NCBI GenBank assembly: GCA_963787125.1
Contig: CAWBBV010000020.1
Span: 10,393-74,392 of the forward strand
Direction: 5' to 3'
Length of the DNA stretch: 64,000 nucleotides
From: an uncultured delta proteobacterium
GTDB taxonomy: Bacteria > Desulfobacterota > Desulfuromonadia > Geobacterales > DSM-12255
Shown here: piece after piece, positions 10,004 through 19,497 of the stretch
Layout of the letters: every line of letters begins with the position of its first letter
How positions within the stretch are numbered: the stretch's first letter is position 1
Notes under the pieces: generated by a model
Seen by the model: only the letters and a program-made list of their open reading frames with translations
What the model was told of the DNA's origin: nothing
Database searches by the model: none
Position numbers and translations under genes: made by a program

Positions 10004-10729
10004 GTGATAGAAATGCTCGCGGTCAGTAAATCTTTTAATACCGGCAAGCCGAATGAGTTTCTGGCGCTAGACCAGGTTAACCTGGTCATAAACCGGGGAG
10101 AATTAACGATTCTGAAAGGACCAAGCGGCTCAGGCAAGACGACTCTGCTTTCACTGGTTGGCTGCATGAGCCGCCCGACTTCGGGTAAAATCAGGCTGCA
10201 CGGCTTAAGGACCTCATTCATGCCGCAAGATTCCGCCACTGGCCACCTTGACATCTCCAGCCTGCCGGAACGTTTTCTCACTGAAATCAGGCGCAGGAAT
10301 TTCGGCTTCATCTTCCAACAGTTCAATCTCGTTCGCGGTATCAGTGTTATTGAAAATATCATGCTGCCCGCCTACCCAACCGGCGAAGAGTATAATACCT
10401 TTCGCGCCAGAGCCGCTTCGCTGATGGATCATTTCAATATCTCCCGCCATACAGAATCTAAAATTGAATGGCTCTCCGGCGGAGAGATGCAGCGGGTTGC
10501 CATTGCCAGGGCGCTCATAAACAAGCCTGAACTGATAATAGCTGATGAGCCTACCGCTCATCTTGACAGTCGCCTCTCCAGGGAATTCATGAGCCTCATT
10601 GCTTCTTTTAGAAATGAAGGCAAGACCGTGGTGATAGCAAGCCATGACCCGATCGTTTATGACGATCCGCTTGCAGACCGGGTCGTCGAGATGCGCGATG
10701 GGAAAATAATTTCTGAGGGACAGGGATGA
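10004..10729 (+). CDS. ABC transporter ATP-binding protein, LolD-like
   Basis: GPSGSGKT, LSGGEMQR, IIADEPT, H-loop SHD. Confidence 0.92.
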   Translation: MIEMLAVSKSFNTGKPNEFLALDQVNLVINRGELTILKGPSGSGKTTLLSLVGCMSRPTSGKIRLHGLRTSFMPQDSATGHLDISSLPERFLTEIRRRNFGFIFQQFNLVRGISVIENIMLPAYPTGEEYNTFRARAASLMDHFNISRHTESKIEWLSGGEMQRVAIARALINKPELIIADEPTAHLDSRLSREFMSLIASFRNEGKTVVIASHDPIVYDDPLADRVVEMRDGKIISEGQG

Positions 10730-11718
10730 TACAGCACCCTGCTATCATGTCGCTGCTTTTATCATCCCTGCTCATAACTGCAATGAGTCTGTATGCCTGT
10801 TTTTATGGGATCAGGATAATTCTCAACTGGGATATAACTAGTGGCAGCGAGCTTCAACTGGATCTGGAGCGGCGCACCTACCTGATTTCTACCATCCTCA
10901 GCTATTCTCTTTTCTTTCAGATTGTCTCTTTTTTCCTGCTGATTTATACGACCGATGCAATCCACTCGCTCTTCACCGGGGCAATGTGCGCTGCCGGGAG
11001 CCTTGGGGCAAACATTTTTGGCTACCCGCTACTGGTACTGAAGCTGTTCAACACCCTCCTTGCCGGCATCTGGCTCGTTTTCAATCACCTTGACAACAAA
11101 GGCTATGATTATCCGTTAATCAAGGGCAAATATTCCCTGTTAATCATTTTGTCACTGCTGCTGCTGCTGGAAATGGTGCTCCAGTTTAACTACTTCTTAA
11201 ACCTCAAGGCAGACCTGATAACATCTTGCTGCGGTTCACTCTTCAGCCCTGAAAACCGGGGAATTGCCGGAGAACTTGCTGCATTTCCGGCAAAACCTGC
11301 CATGGTCTTTTTTGCAGTAGTTTTCAGCGGTTATCTTGCCAGCGGGATTAATTCCCTAACCCGGAATAGCGGCTGGTATCTGTTTGCAAACGGGGCGGTG
11401 GCTTTCTTTCTGACTGCAGTAATCGCACTGATATCTTTTATTTCAGTATATTTTTATGAACTGCCTACTCACCACTGCCCGTTCTGCATTCTGCAGAAAG
11501 AATACGGCTACATAGGTTATATGCTTTATGCATGCCTCATTGGAGGAGTCATTACCGGAGTAGCAGGTGGAGCAGTTGAAAAATTCAAGGTGGTCAAAAC
11601 TCTTGCGGGGGTTATACCACAATTCCAGAGAAGAGCTGCAGTTGCGAGCCTGTGCTTTAATTCAATATTTACCATAACTGTTTTGCTGAGAATATTTACA
11701 ACATCATTCAGGCTTTAA
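10726..11718 (+). CDS. Polytopic membrane protein with Cys/His motifs
   Basis: About 8 TM segments; GAMCAAG, TSCCGSLF, ELPTHHCPFC. Confidence 0.75.
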   Translation: MIQHPAIMSLLLSSLLITAMSLYACFYGIRIILNWDITSGSELQLDLERRTYLISTILSYSLFFQIVSFFLLIYTTDAIHSLFTGAMCAAGSLGANIFGYPLLVLKLFNTLLAGIWLVFNHLDNKGYDYPLIKGKYSLLIILSLLLLLEMVLQFNYFLNLKADLITSCCGSLFSPENRGIAGELAAFPAKPAMVFFAVVFSGYLASGINSLTRNSGWYLFANGAVAFFLTAVIALISFISVYFYELPTHHCPFCILQKEYGYIGYMLYACLIGGVITGVAGGAVEKFKVVKTLAGVIPQFQRRAAVASLCFNSIFTITVLLRIFTTSFRL

Positions 11719-13105
11719 CCTTTCCGCCGAGCCTTTTATTAAGCGTCTGCCGGCTGATGCCAAGCATGTGTGCCGCTACCCCCTGATTACCGCTCGAAAC
11801 TTTCAAAGCCTGATCTATCATATATCCTTCAACCTGCTCCATTGTTGGGAATTCTCCGAAAATTGACAGCAGGGGATTACCAGGTTGAGCAGCTGTTTCT
11901 TGCGCAAGCTGTTGCCCACTCTGACTCATCTCAAACAGGTCAAACGAGATTTCCCCAGACTGATACCGGGCAATAGCGTCAAATACCAGGGCTTCAAGCT
12001 CTCTTACATTGCCGGGAAAACTGTATCGGGAGAGAGCTGTCAACTGCCGCTGAGAAATCTCCGGCTTGGGTTTACTAAATGTTTCAGCACCTCTGTCAAG
12101 AAAGTGATCAAGAAGCAGGGGGAGATCATCTATTCTCTCCCTCAAGGGCGGGATATGCACTTGATGGGCTCTTAGTCGATAAAATAGATCATTACGAAAT
12201 CGCCCCTTACTTATCTGTTCGGGCAGATTTTTGTTAGTGGCCAGCAGAATTCTGGCATCACTCCTTTTAACAATGTCCGAACCCACCTGATAATACTCTT
12301 TCTCCTGTAACAAGCGCAGCAGCTTGATCTGTGAAGACTCGGAAAGGTCACCTATCTCGTCAAGGAAAAGGGTCCCGCCGGCAGCTTTGGCGATAAGCCC
12401 TTCGCGGGGCTGCTCAGCGCCGGTGAAAGCCCCCTTTTTGTGGCCAAAGAGAGTATCTGAGAACATATTGTCATCAAGGCCGGCAACATTGACGGCCACA
12501 TATGCACCGCGGCAGCCGCTCAACTCGTGGATGGCACGGGCAACCATCTCTTTGCCAGTACCGGTCTCTCCGGAAATCATAATAGGCTGACGAGTCGGCG
12601 CAACAACCTCAATATACTGAAAGAGAGCTCTCATCTTGGAGTTACCGGTTATGATACCCGCAAAGGTTGAAGGGTTTTCCAGCTGGCCGGAGAGCAGTCG
12701 CTGCTTGAGTGATGAGAGTTCGTTGGAAATGTCGCAGAGCTCGAGCGCCTTTTTGACAGTCGCGACAAAGCGATTTGATTCGACCGGTTTCACCAGATAA
12801 TCAAATGCACCGGACTTCATCCCCTCTATCACATTTTTGATTTCATCACTGGCAGTCATCAAAATAACCGGGATATAAGGGTACTTCTCGATTATACGCG
12901 GCAACAGCTCAAGCCCGGTGATATTGGGCATATTGATATCAAGCACCAGAACAGACACCGGATTAGCAGCCAAAAAAGGGAGGAGCGCAAGGGACTCAGA
13001 AATAAGTGCCACATTGGTTATACCGCTACCCTGAAGACAGAGCATGGAAGCTTTTAGGGTAAACTCCTCGTCATCGACGATAACTACCAGTTTTGTATAC
13101 GTCAC
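11708..13105 (-). CDS. Sigma-54-dependent response regulator (NtrC family)
   Basis: Receiver (VDDE, LDINMP), AAA+ GETGTGKE, GAFTGA, FLDEIG, Fis-type HTH. Confidence 0.93.
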   Translation of the reverse strand: MTYTKLVVIVDDEEFTLKASMLCLQGSGITNVALISESLALLPFLAANPVSVLVLDINMPNITGLELLPRIIEKYPYIPVILMTASDEIKNVIEGMKSGAFDYLVKPVESNRFVATVKKALELCDISNELSSLKQRLLSGQLENPSTFAGIITGNSKMRALFQYIEVVAPTRQPIMISGETGTGKEMVARAIHELSGCRGAYVAVNVAGLDDNMFSDTLFGHKKGAFTGAEQPREGLIAKAAGGTLFLDEIGDLSESSQIKLLRLLQEKEYYQVGSDIVKRSDARILLATNKNLPEQISKGRFRNDLFYRLRAHQVHIPPLRERIDDLPLLLDHFLDRGAETFSKPKPEISQRQLTALSRYSFPGNVRELEALVFDAIARYQSGEISFDLFEMSQSGQQLAQETAAQPGNPLLSIFGEFPTMEQVEGYMIDQALKVSSGNQGVAAHMLGISRQTLNKRLGGKVKA

Positions 13106-14547
13106 TGCGCCTCCGTTAATGCTTGTTTGACAATCGGCAATCTGACCTCAAAAATCGTACCAGTTCCTGACGCCGAATGAAACGTCAAGCTCCCTGAATG
13201 CTCTTTAATAATTGTATCTGAAATAGAGAGTCCCAGGCCTGTGCCGCCACTGCCGACTTTTGTGGAAAAAAACGGCTCCATAATTTTTCTTGTCAACTCA
13301 TTAGGGATGCCACCCCCTTCATCAGCTACTGTTATGACAACTTCCGCAGAGTTGCCGTCAAACCAGGTCATAAGACTGATAGCAGCTGTTTCGTTGGGAA
13401 TAGCCTGACAGGCGTTCATAACCAGGTTGATAACCACTTGGCCGATCTGTTGGCTGTTGCCGATAATTTTCGGCAGATATTCGGCAAGGCAGGTGGTGAA
13501 ATTATTTGTATGCCTCCCTACTTGACTCCTGACAATCAATAAAGCCGCTTTTACCGCCTGATTAAGGTCTATCTCTTCAAAATTAGTATCTGAACCCTGT
13601 CTGGCAAAAGTTTTCAGATCATTAATAATGCCGTTGATGCGCTGAGTTCCAATTATAATACCTGATATCATTTCAGGAAAATGCAGCTCCATTTCAGTAA
13701 ACGGCAGACCACCTATGAGAAAATCACCGTTTTCCTTTTGATACTCCCGCAACACTTTGATTATATCACCGCAAGAGCGTTCCAACAGCTGAGCATTGGA
13801 GAGGATGTAATTATTCGGATTATTAATCTCATGGGCCACCCCTGAAACCATCAATCCCAGAGCCGTCATTTTGTTCGCTTGAATCAATTTTGACTGGCCC
13901 AAGCGGGCCTCCCGCTCCAGGCTGACCCGTTTGGTAATGTCTCGCATGATAACCAGAAACTGTGATGCTCCATCGACAAGAAGTCGGCTGACCGATATTT
14001 CAAGTCTTAAAGGGACCTTGTCCTTCCTGTGGCAAGTGACCTCGTGAATAAGCGTTGCAGGGAATTTTTCTTCTCCAGCAAGCGCTTCGAGGTTTGTTGC
14101 TGTCAGAGAATCATCACAGAAAAGTCCGGCAGCATTCTTACCGCTGATCTCTTCCGGAGAGTAGCCGAAAATCCTCTCGGCAGCCTGGTTAAATGAGATG
14201 ATAATCCCTTGCATATCAATCGTCACAACCGCATCGACTACCTGCGACTTGACCGCTTCATGCTTGACGCTTTCTTCGACAACGGCTCGCTGAAGCGGTT
14301 TGATCAGCAGCCACCAAAGAACCGGTGCGATTAAAAGCGTTGTGAAAAACGGGTCATAATATTCTTGAGGAAAAGAGATGAGAACAGGAAATAATATCGG
14401 AGTTAGCCATACCTCAAGAGTATCAAGCAGATATATGGCGACAAGGATGATCAGAAAGGTCTTTAACGGGGTGAAATGCCACCCTTGATGCGACCTCAAG
14501 GCCGCACCAAGGGGTTGGTTTTTTTTATGATCGGGCAGGAGCGGCAT
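13102..14547 (-). CDS. PAS-domain sensor histidine kinase
   Basis: Two TMs, PAS (FNQAAERIFGY), H-box AHEINNP, N-box NLVMNA, G-boxes DEGGGI and GTGLGL. Confidence 0.92.
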   Translation of the reverse strand: MPLLPDHKKNQPLGAALRSHQGWHFTPLKTFLIILVAIYLLDTLEVWLTPILFPVLISFPQEYYDPFFTTLLIAPVLWWLLIKPLQRAVVEESVKHEAVKSQVVDAVVTIDMQGIIISFNQAAERIFGYSPEEISGKNAAGLFCDDSLTATNLEALAGEEKFPATLIHEVTCHRKDKVPLRLEISVSRLLVDGASQFLVIMRDITKRVSLEREARLGQSKLIQANKMTALGLMVSGVAHEINNPNNYILSNAQLLERSCGDIIKVLREYQKENGDFLIGGLPFTEMELHFPEMISGIIIGTQRINGIINDLKTFARQGSDTNFEEIDLNQAVKAALLIVRSQVGRHTNNFTTCLAEYLPKIIGNSQQIGQVVINLVMNACQAIPNETAAISLMTWFDGNSAEVVITVADEGGGIPNELTRKIMEPFFSTKVGSGGTGLGLSISDTIIKEHSGSLTFHSASGTGTIFEVRLPIVKQALTEAQ

Positions 14548-14559
14548 AAGTTACCCTGT

Positions 14560-15240
14560 TTACTTTACCACCTCAAGTAGCTCTACCTCAAACACGAGCG
14601 TAGCACCAGGGAGGATCAGCTCTCCGGCTCCATTTTCACCGTAAGCAATCGATGAAGGACAGACCAGTTTGGCTTTGCCGCCCGGTTTCATCTTCTGGAC
14701 ACCCTCTGTCCAGCACTTGATAACGCCATCAAGCCTGAAATCTATCGGCTTATTGCGTTTGTAAGAGCTGTCAAACTCTCTGCCGTCTATGAGAGTGCCG
14801 CGATAATGAACCTTAACAGAATCTGTGGCTTTTGGATTGACGCCTTCCCCATCCTTCAGGGAGAGGTAAACCAGACCGGTGTCTGTTTTTACGGCGCCCT
14901 TCTCGGCGGCGGCCTTCTCAAGAAACTCTTTCCCCGCAGCAGCCTGTTTATCTCCCTGCATCTTTCTGCGAGCTTTAGCCAACTCCTGCACTTTTTCATT
15001 GTAGGCGGCAATCTCTATAGCCGGCTTTGTAGCTGTTACCCCGGCGGTGAGTCCCTGCTGCACTCGCTCCAGCTCAGTCGCTGACAGCGTGAAAACTCCC
15101 AACTGACGGGCAACAATCAAGCCTATTGCGTACAGGGTTTTCTCTTCTTCTGTTTTCGGCGCTTCAAGTGCAAAGGCTGAAGCTGAAACAAGTGTTAATG
15201 CAAGAGTTGCCAGTAGGGTAAAGATTTTAAAGCTTTTCAT
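14560..15240 (-). CDS. FKBP-type peptidyl-prolyl isomerase (FkpA/Mip-like, exported)
   Basis: Signal peptide, VKVHYRGTLIDGREFDSS, VIKCWTEG, TLVFEVELL. Confidence 0.92.
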   Translation of the reverse strand: MKSFKIFTLLATLALTLVSASAFALEAPKTEEEKTLYAIGLIVARQLGVFTLSATELERVQQGLTAGVTATKPAIEIAAYNEKVQELAKARRKMQGDKQAAAGKEFLEKAAAEKGAVKTDTGLVYLSLKDGEGVNPKATDSVKVHYRGTLIDGREFDSSYKRNKPIDFRLDGVIKCWTEGVQKMKPGGKAKLVCPSSIAYGENGAGELILPGATLVFEVELLEVVK

Positions 15241-15267
15241 TCATAATCTCCTTACGTTTAATGTTGA

Positions 15268-16551
15268 TTACTGGGCTGCGTTCAGCGCCTGTTCCAGGTC
15301 AGCTATAATATCCCTGACATCCTCCAGCCCGACCGACAGACGAATGAAGTCGGCGGTAACTCCAGTGGAGACCTGCTCTTCCGGGGTCAACTGCTGATGG
15401 GTAGTTGAAGCTGGGTGAATAACCAGTGATTTGGCATCACCAATATTGGCCAGATGAGAGAGTAGTTTGACATTATCGATAAACTTCTTGCCTGCCTCCA
15501 TTCCCCCTTTGATACCGAAGCCGATGATGGCTCCAGCGCCTTTTGGCAGATATTTCTTTGCCCTTTGGTGGTTCGGATGGCTTGCCAGACCGGGATAATT
15601 TACCCATGACACCAAGGGGTGCTTTTCCAGCCATTCGGCAACCTTCTGGGCATTTTCCACATGGCGTGCCATCCGTAGTGACAATGTCTCGATCCCCTGA
15701 ATAATCTGAAAAGAGTTAAAGGGCGAGATGCACGCCCCCATATCCCGTAAAAGCGTCAGTCTCATTTTGAGGATATAGGAAAGATTACCGAGAGCCTCCC
15801 AGTAGTTAAGCCCGTGATAGGAGGGATCCGGTTCGGCCAGCTCCGGGAATCTGCCGTTATTCCAGGGGAAAGTGCCGCCGGAGACAACCGCGCCGCCGAT
15901 GCTGGTGCCATGGCCGCTGATGAACTTGGTGAGGGAGTAAACGACAATGTCCGCACCGTGTTCCAATGGTCTGAACAGGTATGGGGTGGTGACGGTATTA
16001 TCGACAACAAAAGGAATTCCGGCGTCATGGGCTATCTTGGCTATCGCCTCAAAATCATCGACGTTGTTCTTCGGATTGCCTACCGACTCCATGTATACCA
16101 GTCGGGTGTTTTCATCAATTGCCTGCCTGACATTCTCCGGATCGGAGGTATCAACGAATTTGACCGTTATCCCCAGTTTTGGCAAAGTGTAATGGAAAAG
16201 GTTGTACGTCCCGCCATAGAGATAATTGGTAGAGACAATGTTCTGGCCTGCCTGAGCAATATTCAGCACTGCATAAGTGGTCGCCGCCTGACCGGAAGCG
16301 ACAGCCAGAGCACCGACACCGCCGTCAAGCTCTGCCAGGCGCTTTTCAAGCACATCGGTCGTCGGATTCATCAAACGGGTGTAGATATTGCCAAACTCTT
16401 TCAGCCCGAACAGATTGGCTGCATGTTCCGAACTCTTGAAAACGTATGATGATGTCAAGTAGATGGGGACCGCTCGGGAGAGGGTCTGGGAATCGGGCAC
16501 CTGCCCGGCATGAAGCGCGAGTGAATCAAATTGGAGCTGAGTTTCTGACAT
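15268..16551 (-). CDS. metY: O-acetylhomoserine sulfhydrylase (aminocarboxypropyltransferase)
   Basis: [16 protein letters not shown] (PLP Lys), [20 protein letters not shown]. Start moved to MSETQ after AAAGGA. Confidence 0.9.
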   Translation of the reverse strand: MSETQLQFDSLALHAGQVPDSQTLSRAVPIYLTSSYVFKSSEHAANLFGLKEFGNIYTRLMNPTTDVLEKRLAELDGGVGALAVASGQAATTYAVLNIAQAGQNIVSTNYLYGGTYNLFHYTLPKLGITVKFVDTSDPENVRQAIDENTRLVYMESVGNPKNNVDDFEAIAKIAHDAGIPFVVDNTVTTPYLFRPLEHGADIVVYSLTKFISGHGTSIGGAVVSGGTFPWNNGRFPELAEPDPSYHGLNYWEALGNLSYILKMRLTLLRDMGACISPFNSFQIIQGIETLSLRMARHVENAQKVAEWLEKHPLVSWVNYPGLASHPNHQRAKKYLPKGAGAIIGFGIKGGMEAGKKFIDNVKLLSHLANIGDAKSLVIHPASTTHQQLTPEEQVSTGVTADFIRLSVGLEDVRDIIADLEQALNAAQ

Positions 16552-16614
16552 AATCAAAGTATCCTTTCGAATGTTTTTATAAAACCTACCAAACTGATGT
16601 GCAAATTTCAACAG

Positions 16615-18105
16615 TTATTGTTGACCATTTCTATTGTACAAAGTAGAAAACCTTTTCATCTCCAAAGCGCGTGAACCTTCGGCATATCCCGGTAACAGTC
16701 GCCATCCCCAGTTGCCATCAGCCTGACCAGGGATGTTCATTCTTTCGGAGCTCCCCAGAAGTAAAATGTCCTGCATCGGAATAATTGCATACATGGCCAC
16801 TGATGCAAACGCCGTCCTTATTAGAATTGCGGGAACAGCCTCGGGAACAGCTTGCAGGTAATCACAGACACGCCGCTGTTTGTCAGGAGCGAGCGACTCG
16901 AACCACCCTTTCGTCGTATCATTGTCATGGGTTCCGGTATAAACCACCGATTCAGGGATATGATTATGTGGCAGGTAAGCATTGTCAGCACCGCTGTCAA
17001 AAGCAAACTGCAGAATTTTCATCCCCGGGAAAGTGCACTGCTCTCTCAATAACTCAACCTCAGGCGTCATGACGCCCAGGTCTTCTGCAATTACAGGCAG
17101 CTCACCGTGTGCAGCCTTCAAGGCGGCAAAGAGTCCATACCCCGGCCCCTTGATCCACCGCCCGTTCACTGCCGTCTTTTCATTAGCCGGAATTTCCCAA
17201 TAAGACTCAAAACCCCGGAAATGGTCGATTCTGAGAATATCATAAAGCCCCAGATCGTTCCTGATACGGGCAGTCCACCAACCATAATTGTCAGCAGCAA
17301 GCATATCCCAGCGATAAAGTGGATTACCCCACCTTTGACCGGTACTGCTGAAATAGTCAGGGGGAACCCCGGCAACAGCAAGCGGAGTACCTGCCTCATC
17401 AAGATAGAAAATATGCTGGTTGCACCAGACGTCAGCCGAATCATGGGCGACAAATATCGGCGCATCGCCAATTATCAGGATGCCGCGCTCATTTGCATAG
17501 CGCTTCACCCTCCCCCACTGCCGTGAAAACTGCCACTGGAGATACTTCTGAAAACCGATTTCGCTCCCCAGTTTTTCTGCATACTCTCTACAAGCCAGCT
17601 TATCACGTTTTCTCAGCTTTTCCGGCCAATGGTTCCAGCAATCCCCATTGAAATGCCCCTTGAGCGCCGCATAAAGCGCATAATCATGGAGCCAGAAAGT
17701 GGTGTCGCAAAATCTCCAGAAATCCTCTTTGCGCGCAGTAGCTGCAGAGGCAAGGAATTTCCCGGCGGCACTGCGTAACAGCGTCAATTTATAAGAAGCT
17801 ACCCTGGAGAAATCAACCCGGTCAGTAACCGGAAAATCCTGCAGTTCACACAGAGCAAGATCACCCTCTGCAGAAATCTGCTTCAAATTTAGCAACAGGG
17901 GATTTCCGGCAAAAGCAGAAAAACACGAATATGGCGAGTTGCCACAGCCAGGCGGTCCGAGCGGCAGGATCTGCCAGAGGGTCTGACCGGCTGAGTGCAG
18001 AAAATCGATAAAGCTAAAAGCTTCATCGCCGAGTGAACCAATGCCGTCGTTGTCGGGGAGAGATGTGGGGTGAAGAAGTATGCCGCTACGGCGGATATGA
18101 GGCAT
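16615..18105 (-). CDS. malQ: 4-alpha-glucanotransferase (GH77)
   Basis: GILLHPTSLP, RIDHFRGF, IAEDLG, YTGTHDNDT. Confidence 0.95.
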   Translation of the reverse strand: MPHIRRSGILLHPTSLPDNDGIGSLGDEAFSFIDFLHSAGQTLWQILPLGPPGCGNSPYSCFSAFAGNPLLLNLKQISAEGDLALCELQDFPVTDRVDFSRVASYKLTLLRSAAGKFLASAATARKEDFWRFCDTTFWLHDYALYAALKGHFNGDCWNHWPEKLRKRDKLACREYAEKLGSEIGFQKYLQWQFSRQWGRVKRYANERGILIIGDAPIFVAHDSADVWCNQHIFYLDEAGTPLAVAGVPPDYFSSTGQRWGNPLYRWDMLAADNYGWWTARIRNDLGLYDILRIDHFRGFESYWEIPANEKTAVNGRWIKGPGYGLFAALKAAHGELPVIAEDLGVMTPEVELLREQCTFPGMKILQFAFDSGADNAYLPHNHIPESVVYTGTHDNDTTKGWFESLAPDKQRRVCDYLQAVPEAVPAILIRTAFASVAMYAIIPMQDILLLGSSERMNIPGQADGNWGWRLLPGYAEGSRALEMKRFSTLYNRNGQQ

Positions 18106-18221
18106 TAAATGACCTCCAGGAGATTAAGCGTTTCAAAGTGTACTACATTTTGCAATATTTGTGAAGGTTAGTATTAAATAACCGACATTATTGAAAAAGT
18201 CCGGTTTTACTAGTTGAACGA

Positions 18222-19394
18222 TCAGCACTTTATCAGTCGCACTTCAAGCAGCCTCAGATATTCATCCCGGCACCAGTTTTCCACTTCTACCAGTGATTGA
18301 AATGCCTCGCCAAATCCTTGTCTGCCGATGGTAAAAACTCCGTGTCCATAAACAATCGCCCGCCCTGGACCGGCAATGACCGGAGGCACGCGCTTTGCCA
18401 GCCCCCCGGCGCCAATTTCCCCCGCCACAACCGGTGTCCCGCCAAGGAAACGAACTTTCTGGCAGTCCCGCCAGCAGTCAGTTATGGTGCAGTCATGCCG
18501 CTCACAAAGCATACTCATGACGACCGAGAATTTGGGGTGCCCATGGAGAATGACCTTGGCATCACTCGTTTCAAAGATGCGGCGATGGGCAGCAAGCTCG
18601 CTTGAAGCGGTTATCCCGACGGTAGACGAGTTGTCAAACGGAACAGGGTCGATGCAACCGGCAAGAGCATCCAGACTCGCTGCAGTCTGGGAGATATAAA
18701 TCAGCTTGTCGGTCCGGCAGGAGATATTACCAAAGAACGAGTCTACCAAGCCCCTCTCGACAGTATAGCGGCCGACATTTGCAATTTCACCGAGAATAAC
18801 CTCAGCCTTTTCAAGTGGCCCTTCGTGAAAAGTCAGCCCCTCTGCGGTCAATGGCTGCAGCCACTCAGCAAAAAATGTATCGGCTGCGCGCCGCTCTTCG
18901 GGCAGGGAAAACCCGTTGCAGAGAATATCCTGCAGATATTTGACGAAAGTTGAATGGAAAACGGAAGAGTAATTGATGTACGCCTGTTCGACCGTTACTC
19001 CGCCGCTGGCGAAAATACCGAGACCTTCGACAATAACCCCTTTACGGTTACCAAGCAGTTGCGCAATCTGTTCTGCCGGATCAGCGGCGAGTTCACCGCG
19101 CCTGATAAACGGGATATCATGAAGATAAGTTCTGGTTTCGGTGTCCTGCGGTTCAATGCAGGCGCAATCAGTTCCAGCCCTCTTAACCAGAAAATCAGCA
19201 AAGGGGAGCGACGGTGAGGCAGCCACCAGACTTAAGGCGTTAAGCCGTTCCAGAACTCCTGTGGCAATCACTGCGAGCTCCGACTCACCAAAGGAGATCA
19301 GTTCGTCATCCTTGACAGCAACCGCAATCCGCCCCGGCAGCCCGGAACGGTCAGAGATCAGCTTCTGAGCATATTTTTCAAGTTGCGCGTGCAT
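18222..19394 (-). CDS. Class II aldolase/adducin family protein
   Basis: GNISCR, SSELAAH, LHGHP, YGHG; degenerate aldolase-like N-half. Start at MHAQ after GGAG. Confidence 0.75.
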   Translation of the reverse strand: MHAQLEKYAQKLISDRSGLPGRIAVAVKDDELISFGESELAVIATGVLERLNALSLVAASPSLPFADFLVKRAGTDCACIEPQDTETRTYLHDIPFIRRGELAADPAEQIAQLLGNRKGVIVEGLGIFASGGVTVEQAYINYSSVFHSTFVKYLQDILCNGFSLPEERRAADTFFAEWLQPLTAEGLTFHEGPLEKAEVILGEIANVGRYTVERGLVDSFFGNISCRTDKLIYISQTAASLDALAGCIDPVPFDNSSTVGITASSELAAHRRIFETSDAKVILHGHPKFSVVMSMLCERHDCTITDCWRDCQKVRFLGGTPVVAGEIGAGGLAKRVPPVIAGPGRAIVYGHGVFTIGRQGFGEAFQSLVEVENWCRDEYLRLLEVRLIKC

Positions 19395-19440
19395 AATCTC
19401 CAATCTTAAAATCAAGTAAAAAGGGCACTCAACAAATCCT

Positions 19441-19492
19441 ACCTTTACCTTTACCTTTACCTTTACCTTTACCTTTACCTTTACCTTTACCT
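19441..19492. repeat. Hexanucleotide microsatellite (ACCTTT)8 + ACCT
   Basis: Perfect tandem array 5 nt beyond the recG stop codon. Confidence 0.97.
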
Positions 19493-19497
19493 GCCTC

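Noticed and set aside
19441..19492. CRISPR array or mobile-element end
   Set aside because: Spacerless 6-nt tandem repeat; no cas, transposase or integrase genes in the window.
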